The notes under the pieces: generated by a model
What the model saw: the letters and a program-made list of their open reading frames with translations, nothing else
Databases searched by the model: none
What the model was told of the DNA's origin: nothing
Position numbers and translations under genes: made by a program
Shown: positions 51,765 to 56,793 of the stretch, piece by piece
Layout of the letters: every line of letters begins with the position of its first letter
Numbering within the stretch: position 1 is the stretch's first letter
NCBI GenBank assembly: GCA_036564325.1
Contig: DATCPD010000254.1
Location: forward strand, 1 to 56,793
DNA: 56,793 nt
DNA from: Solirubrobacteraceae bacterium
GTDB lineage: Bacteria; Actinomycetota; Thermoleophilia; Solirubrobacterales; Solirubrobacteraceae
Direction: 5' to 3'

Positions 51765-52876
51765 CCGTTCCGGGCTTGGGCCACCACCCTCAACGGACCC
51801 CTGCGCTGAGCACGCACCGCCAGTAGATCGACATCGGCTCGTTCGATCAGGTCCATCGGGGAGTCGTCGCTCGCGAGCGCGCCAAAACCGGCCGTGATCG
51901 AGCCGCCGCCGCCCGCTTGAGAGAGCTCTGCGCTGATCTGCGCGAAGCGCCCCCGGACAGCCTCGATCGTGGCGTCGCTCATGGCACACAGGAACTCGTC
52001 TCCCCCCAGGCGGATGATCAGCTCGTACGAGCGCAGATGGGCGTGAAGGACGCTGACGGTGCGCTTGAGCATCCCGTCCCCGGCAGAGTGACCCTGGCTG
52101 TCGTTCAGCGCTTTGAGACCATCTACGTCGAGGTAGGCCACAACGAGGCGCCCGGAGCCGCGGCGGACACGGTCGATCTCCCGCTGCAGCTCCGCCAGCC
52201 CGGGTCCGCGTAGCCAGGCACCTGTCAACGAGTCGATCGTCGCGGCCGCTCGCTCGACTGCCGCCTGCGCGCGATCCTCTGCGGCCTGCTCCCTGTCGCG
52301 GGCGGCCTGTTGGCGATCCAGGACTGCTTGAGCGCGCTGCGCGGCCGCCCGTGCTCGGTCGTTCGCCGCGCGGCGGCGGTCGCGGACCGCACGCAGGATG
52401 ATCTGGGCACCGGTGATCGCCCGCTCGGTTCCCGTGCTGCTGGCCAGGCGCGCCATCTCGGCGTCGTGCTCGTCGGCCTCGCGGTCGCGCTGCTCGGCTG
52501 CCCGGTCGCGGGCCGCCGCAGCCAGGTCCCGCTCGCTGGCGGTCGCGTCCCGCGCCAGCGCCGTGTCGACGCGGTCGTGGGCCGTCTCCTTGCGGATGCG
52601 CGCGGTCTCGACACGCACCTCACGAGTGTTGTCATGCGCCTCGCGGACGGTGCTTTCGTTGGGCGTCTGGTCGCTGACCGCCTGATCCTGGTCGGCGGCC
52701 AGTTGATCGCGATCAGCCGCCTCCTGGTCCCGGTCGGCGCCGGTCTGGTCCCGGTCGGCGCCGGTCTGGTCCCGATCCGCCCCTGTCTGGGCGGAATCGG
52801 AGTAGGTCTGGTCGCGATCAGCAGTGGTCTGATCGCGCTCTGACCAACTCTGGTCGTCGCCGGTCCTACGTTGCAT
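51755..52876 (-). CDS. GGDEF diguanylate cyclase with N-terminal heptad-repeat coiled coil
   Basis: DRDQTGA repeats; DSLTG, LDVDGLK..ND..GH..GD, RLGGDEF. Confidence 0.9.
   Translation of the reverse strand: MQRRTGDDQSWSERDQTTADRDQTYSDSAQTGADRDQTGADRDQTGADRDQEAADRDQLAADQDQAVSDQTPNESTVREAHDNTREVRVETARIRKETAHDRVDTALARDATASERDLAAAARDRAAEQRDREADEHDAEMARLASSTGTERAITGAQIILRAVRDRRRAANDRARAAAQRAQAVLDRQQAARDREQAAEDRAQAAVERAAATIDSLTGAWLRGPGLAELQREIDRVRRGSGRLVVAYLDVDGLKALNDSQGHSAGDGMLKRTVSVLHAHLRSYELIIRLGGDEFLCAMSDATIEAVRGRFAQISAELSQAGGGGSITAGFGALASDDSPMDLIERADVDLLAVRAQRRGPLRVVAQARNGQK
52682..52840 (-). repeat. 21-bp tandem repeat encoding DRDQxxA heptads
   Basis: Two identical ctggtcccggtcggcgccggt units at 52724-52765 flanked by degenerate copies. 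Confidence 0.85.
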
Positions 52877-52960
52877 GGGGATCTACGGATCCCCTTCCCT
52901 GGTCGTACGCCCGGCCGGTCCGACCGACGCGCTACCAATTGAGTGCTTTCAGGTTACTCC
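52874..52960 (-). repeat. Copy A of a duplicated structured 5' leader
   Basis: About 75% identical (53/71 by hand alignment of the 3' part) to 53584-53670 in inverted orientation; ends GGAAGGGGATC-CGTA-GATCCCC-ATG. Confidence 0.8.
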
Positions 52961-52988
52961 AGCCGGCGCGGGGACGGCGCGCGTTTTT

Positions 52989-53453
52989 TCAGTCTGCCCC
53001 TTCTGAGGCATGCAGAAGATGTCCATCGCCATCAGATCTGCGCCCGTTGACGCCGTTTCCGTTCGGACGGCGACCGTCGCGGATGTCATTCGCCACCGGC
53101 TCGAGCACGAATACCTCGACGGCGAGGTCAGGATCGATGTGGTTGTTGCTCATGAACGCCGCCACCTGGCGCTGGGAGATCTCCTCCACCGCGGCGATCG
53201 CATCGGCCTGGAAGGTCTCCTGAAACGCACGCCGGCTTTGCAGCACGATCTCGGACTTGCCGGCCTCGGCCAGGGTCTTCTCACCCTTCGTCAGGGTCGC
53301 GCCCAGCACGCAGACGATGATGTCCTCGCCGATCGTGGTCCGCGCTTTCGTTGGCCCGCGGCCGGTGTACTGGTGCAGCAAGCTGACCATCGAATTCGAG
53401 ATCGCAGCCCCCATCAGGCCGCTGCTCACTACTTCTCTGGTGGTACCGGGCAT
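52989..53453 (-). CDS. DUF2294 / MpsC-like family protein
   Basis: ISNSMV.L...YTGRGPTKART, LT.GEKTL, RRAFQ, FMS.NHIDPDLAVEVFVL. Confidence 0.85.
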   Translation of the reverse strand: MPGTTREVVSSGLMGAAISNSMVSLLHQYTGRGPTKARTTIGEDIIVCVLGATLTKGEKTLAEAGKSEIVLQSRRAFQETFQADAIAAVEEISQRQVAAFMSNNHIDPDLAVEVFVLEPVANDIRDGRRPNGNGVNGRRSDGDGHLLHASEGAD

Positions 53454-53583
53454 AGCAGCCCTCTCAGCCTCCTCTCAAAGCAGGCGCCGCGCGCGGAGAG
53501 AGTCGGCAAAGAACCGAACGGACGGTAACTTCATTCAGCATAGCGGCAATTCCGACTGGCGCGGTCGGGATCTTTATACCGGG

Positions 53584-53670
53584 GGAGTAGTCTTGGCTGA
53601 ACCCAAAAGGGAGCGTGGCGGTCGGAACGGCTGGACGCGCGACCTGGAAGGGGATCGCATGATCCCTATG
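53584..53670 (+). repeat. Copy B of a duplicated structured 5' leader
   Basis: Ends GGAAGGGGATC-GCAT-GATCCCT-ATG; aligns with the reverse complement of 52874-52960. Confidence 0.8.
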
Positions 53671-54387
53671 GCAGGTCCGGCTAGCCGAGTGCCGCCCGCG
53701 GGCGGCACTCCAGCTGCATCACAGGAATGGCCTGTGAGCGCTGTCGCCGCGGAGCAACTCGTGCCGCGGTTGCGTGGCGTTTCCCACGCGGGGGCAGCGG
53801 TGCTCGCGACGGCGGCGGCGGTCGTGCTCGTCGCGCTCGCTCCGGCGGGTCCCCGAAGCGCCTCGCTGTCGGTTTACGGCGCTGGCCTCGTCGCCCTGTT
53901 CTTCGGCAGCGCCCTCTATCACCGCTGGCCCGGCCCGCCGCGGTTCAAGCCTGTGCTCCAGCGCATCGACCACAGCACGATCTACGTGTTCATCGCCGCC
54001 ACCTACACGCCGATCGCCGTCGTCATGCTGCACGGCGCCCTCAGCTGGGTGATCCTGGGGATCGCCTGGACGGGTGCCGCAGCCGGGGTCGCGTTCAGTC
54101 TCGGCTGGATCAACGCCCCGCGCCCGCTGGTGGCCGGCAGCTATCTGGTCCTCGGCTGGCTCTCGGTCATCGCCATCCCGCAACTCGTCGGACGCCTCGG
54201 GGTGGCGCCACTGGTCCTGCTCGGGACGGGCGGGCTGCTGTATTCGATCGGCGCGATCGTCTACGCGACGCAACGCCCGGACCCCTGGCCTCGCACGTTC
54301 GGCTTCCACGAGGTCTTTCACGGGCTGGTCGTGGCGGCAGCAGTTGCGCAGTACGTCGCGATCATGGGCTGGGTCATGCCGGCATAG
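53668..54387 (+). CDS. Hemolysin III / PAQR family membrane protein
   Basis: PRLRGVSH, SALYH, RIDHSTIY..IAATYTP, FGFHEVFH; start uncertain (53659, 53668 or 53734). Confidence 0.9.
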   Translation: MAGPASRVPPAGGTPAASQEWPVSAVAAEQLVPRLRGVSHAGAAVLATAAAVVLVALAPAGPRSASLSVYGAGLVALFFGSALYHRWPGPPRFKPVLQRIDHSTIYVFIAATYTPIAVVMLHGALSWVILGIAWTGAAAGVAFSLGWINAPRPLVAGSYLVLGWLSVIAIPQLVGRLGVAPLVLLGTGGLLYSIGAIVYATQRPDPWPRTFGFHEVFHGLVVAAAVAQYVAIMGWVMPA

Positions 54388-54507
54388 GGACGGCTGGCGC
54401 TCCCCGCGCCAGGGTTCGTCGCACCACCCTCGGCCGCCACCAACCTGACGCCTATCTTGAGGTCGATCCGGGCGGGGTAGGAAGGGCACAGGAACGAATC
54501 CCCCGAA

Positions 54508-55044
54508 GTGTCGGTCGAACCTGAGCGTCTGGACCGCCATCCGGCTGTGAAGCGTGTGATCTCGCGGTTGTGCGGCTGCGAGGAGAAGGAATTCGTGCTG
54601 CAGGTCATCCAGCCGGCGCTGGTCGGGCTGATCGACGGCACCGTCTCGACGCTGGCACCGATCTTCGCCGCGGCGGTGTCGAGCAGCTCCAGGACCGCGT
54701 TGCTCGTCGGGCTGGCCACGGCCCTCGGAGCCGGAGTGAGCATGGGGATCTCGGAGGCGCTTTCAGACACCGGTGAGCAGACGGGCCGCGGGTCCGCCGT
54801 CATCCGCGGGACGATCACCGGGGGCGCGACCGCGCTGGGCGGCATCTTCCACTCGCTGCCGTTCATCATCAGCAACGTCAACCGCGCGCTGGTCGTGGCG
54901 GGCGTCGTGGTCGGGATCGAGCTGTTCGCGATCGCCTGGGTGCGCTACCGCTTCCTCCACGTGTCGCTGCGATCCTCGCTGATCGTCGTCACGCTCGGCG
55001 GGGTGATCGTGCTCGCCATCGGAGTGGCCATCGGCAACGCCTGA
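54508..55044 (+). CDS. VIT1/CCC1 family metal transporter-like protein
   Basis: QPALVGLIDGTVSTLAP, GAGVSMGISEALSD. Confidence 0.82.
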   Translation: MSVEPERLDRHPAVKRVISRLCGCEEKEFVLQVIQPALVGLIDGTVSTLAPIFAAAVSSSSRTALLVGLATALGAGVSMGISEALSDTGEQTGRGSAVIRGTITGGATALGGIFHSLPFIISNVNRALVVAGVVVGIELFAIAWVRYRFLHVSLRSSLIVVTLGGVIVLAIGVAIGNA

Positions 55045-55048
55045 GGCG

Positions 55049-56485
55049 CTAAACCGCTGCCCCCACCGGCGCGGCCGTGGCGCTCCGGCGCGGCGAGCGC
55101 AGCAGCAGCGGCCCGGCGACTGCGCCGGCGGCCGACACCAGCGCGATGACGATCCAGCCGTGCCGGAACGCGCTCAGCAGCTGGCCGCCGCCGTGCGGAA
55201 CGCCGATCACCGCGACGAACACCGCGACGCCGACGGCCAGCCCGACCTGGCGGAGCATGTTCACGACCGCCGCCCCGGTCGCGAAGGCCTGCGGCGGCAG
55301 CGACGAAGCGGCCGTCGCCATCAGGGTGGGCAGCGTCAGCCCGACGCCGATCCCGGTGAGCAGCATTCCGCCGAGCATGTCTCCGACGTAGTCAGGATGC
55401 AGACCGGCAGCAGCCGCCCACCATCCCACCCCGGCCGCGAACGATGCACACCCGACGCCGGCGACCGGGCCTGGGCCGAAGCGCTGGATCAGGCGGCCCG
55501 CGACGAGGAACGAGAACAGCGGAACCATCAGCGGACCGGGGGCGATGGCCAGACCCGTCCGGAGCGCCGACCAGCCCCAGACGTCCTGCCCCCAAAGCAC
55601 GATGGAGAGCAACATCGCGCCGAAGGACACGGCGAAGAACACCATCACCGCTGAGGCGCCGGAGAACGTGCGCACGCGGAACAGTCCGGGCTCGATCAGG
55701 GGATTGGGGCTGCGGACGCAGTGGAGAACGAAGCCCGCCAGCGCCGCACCCGAGGCGATCAGCGACACCAGCGTCCCGGGCGCTGCCCAGCCCCAGTCGT
55801 TGCCTTTCACGAGACCGAGCGTCAGGGCGCCGACTCCCACCGTGACCAGCAGCGAGCCGAGCGCGTCCGGTCGCCGGACGGGATGTCCGGGAACACGCGG
55901 CAACCGTCTCCACCCGATCGCCAGCGCCGCGACCCCGATCGGGACATTGACGAGAAACACCCAGCGCCAACTCGCGGCGACGAGGATCCCACCGAGAACG
56001 GGTCCGAGCGCGGCGGCCAGGCCGCCGACGGCAGTCCACGCGCGCACCGCGCTGTGCCTGCGCTCCGGTGCGGTCGTGGCCAGGAGCAGGCTCAGCGAGG
56101 TCGGTGTGAGCAGCGCGGCCCCGGCGGCCTGGAGCACCCGGAAGGCGACGAGCATCGGCACGCTCGTCGCCGCGCCGCACGCCGCCGATGCGAGCGTGAA
56201 CACCGTCACGCCGACGAGGAAACCGATCTCCCGGCTGCGGCCTTCGGCCAGCCGCCCGAACAGGATCAGCAGCGCCGCGTAGACGATCGCGTAGCCGTTC
56301 AGGACCCAGGACAGGTCACTGAGGCTCCGCGTCCCCAGGTCACGGGCCAGATCGGGAAGCGCGACGTTGACGATGAACAGGTCAAGGCTCGCCATCACCA
56401 CGGCCGAGCAGACGATCACGAGGACGAGGCCGCTCGAGGCGTCGGCCCGTCGAGCGCGTTGGAGAGTCTGGCTTAGGGATCTCAT
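55049..56485 (-). CDS. DHA2-family MFS efflux transporter
   Basis: LDLFIVNVALP, WVLNGY, FRVLQAAG, GPVLGG, WRWVFLVNVPIG; about 14 TMs. Confidence 0.92.
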   Translation of the reverse strand: MRSLSQTLQRARRADASSGLVLVIVCSAVVMASLDLFIVNVALPDLARDLGTRSLSDLSWVLNGYAIVYAALLILFGRLAEGRSREIGFLVGVTVFTLASAACGAATSVPMLVAFRVLQAAGAALLTPTSLSLLLATTAPERRHSAVRAWTAVGGLAAALGPVLGGILVAASWRWVFLVNVPIGVAALAIGWRRLPRVPGHPVRRPDALGSLLVTVGVGALTLGLVKGNDWGWAAPGTLVSLIASGAALAGFVLHCVRSPNPLIEPGLFRVRTFSGASAVMVFFAVSFGAMLLSIVLWGQDVWGWSALRTGLAIAPGPLMVPLFSFLVAGRLIQRFGPGPVAGVGCASFAAGVGWWAAAAGLHPDYVGDMLGGMLLTGIGVGLTLPTLMATAASSLPPQAFATGAAVVNMLRQVGLAVGVAVFVAVIGVPHGGGQLLSAFRHGWIVIALVSAAGAVAGPLLLRSPRRSATAAPVGAAV

Positions 56486-56527
56486 AGCCAGACCATACCA
56501 TGCTGGCTTAGATTCGATTTAGCCAGC
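56467..56527. promoter_or_regulatory. Two palindromic operators in the divergent MFS/HxlR promoter
   Basis: TCTGGCT-N12-AGCCAGA (56467-56492) and GCTGGCT-N12-AGCCAGC (56502-56527). Confidence 0.8.
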
Positions 56528-56539
56528 TATACTCGGCCC

Positions 56540-56793
56540 ATGGACAACGTGATTCAGATGACCGGCGAGCTCGATCCGCGCAGTGGTTGGAGCGCCACGC
56601 GGTGCACCGTCGCCCGCACGCTTGACGTGATCAGCACCCGCTCCGCGTTCCTGATCCTGCGAGAGGCCTTCTACGGCACGACCCGGTTCGACGACTTCGC
56701 GCTCCGCGCACGCGTGAGCGAACCGGTGGCCGCCGCGCGCCTGCGTGAGCTCGTGGCCGAGGGGCTGCTCAGGCAGGAGGCCTACCAGGAGCC
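56540..56793 (+). CDS. HxlR family winged-HTH regulator (truncated by window end)
   Basis: RCTVARTLDVI, LILREAFYGTTRFDDF, RLRELV..GLL; TATACT -10 6 nt before ATG. Confidence 0.88.
   Translation, partial: MDNVIQMTGELDPRSGWSATRCTVARTLDVISTRSAFLILREAFYGTTRFDDFALRARVSEPVAAARLRELVAEGLLRQEAYQE

Noticed and set aside
52682-52840. Tandem repeats as a CRISPR array
   Set aside because: 21-bp in-frame coding repeats with no spacers and no cas genes
52966-52989. Hairpin plus T-run resembling an intrinsic terminator
   Set aside because: Stem is only about 5 bp and the T-run is on the plus strand while the flanking genes are on the minus strand
53501-53527. Additional sigma28-like promoter before DUF2294 (TACC-N16-GCCGACT)
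   Set aside because: Both boxes deviate from consensus; too weak to call without a PWM
52874-53670. Inverted repeats as ends of an IS/MITE carrying DUF2294
   Set aside because: No transposase or evident target-site duplication, and both repeats end exactly at outward-facing ATGs, which fits leaders better; not fully excluded

Overview
High-GC (roughly 68-70% by eye) bacterial chromosomal segment. Gene content (DUF2294/MpsC-like protein, HDOD-LuxR regulator, leaderless genes, NmtR/CsoR-type repressors) suggests an actinobacterium, probably Solirubrobacterales/Thermoleophilia (inference). I found no rRNA, tRNA, CRISPR array or transposase. Main blocks: (1) 3160-12903, a tightly coupled 9-gene operon with two paralogous modules of [small gamma-type subunit + FAD/Fe-S GMC dehydrogenase + VioB/RebD-type ferritin-like protein], followed by an IolE-like dehydratase, a TIM-barrel ketose epimerase and a putative heme-binding beta-barrel. 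It has no cytochrome c subunit, no Tat signals and none of the other iol genes, and is the best candidate for an undescribed system. (2) A GH15 hydrolase and a 1574-aa Ser/Thr kinase-nucleotidyl cyclase-STAND NTPase-TM-WD40 protein. (3) ppk2 and an acyl-CoA dehydrogenase. (4) A 15-kb c-di-GMP signalling cluster (GGDEF/EAL/HD-GYP/HDOD-LuxR, poly-HAMP hybrid kinase) with several sigma28/WhiG-like promoters. (5) CsoR- and NmtR-type metal homeostasis pairs. (6) A rearranged kdp locus (split KdpD, kdpA-C-B order, extra small peptide). (7) A GGDEF gene and a hemolysin-III gene that share a diverged 87-bp structured 5' leader, plus VIT1, MFS and HxlR genes. All family assignments come from motif recognition by eye, not database searches.
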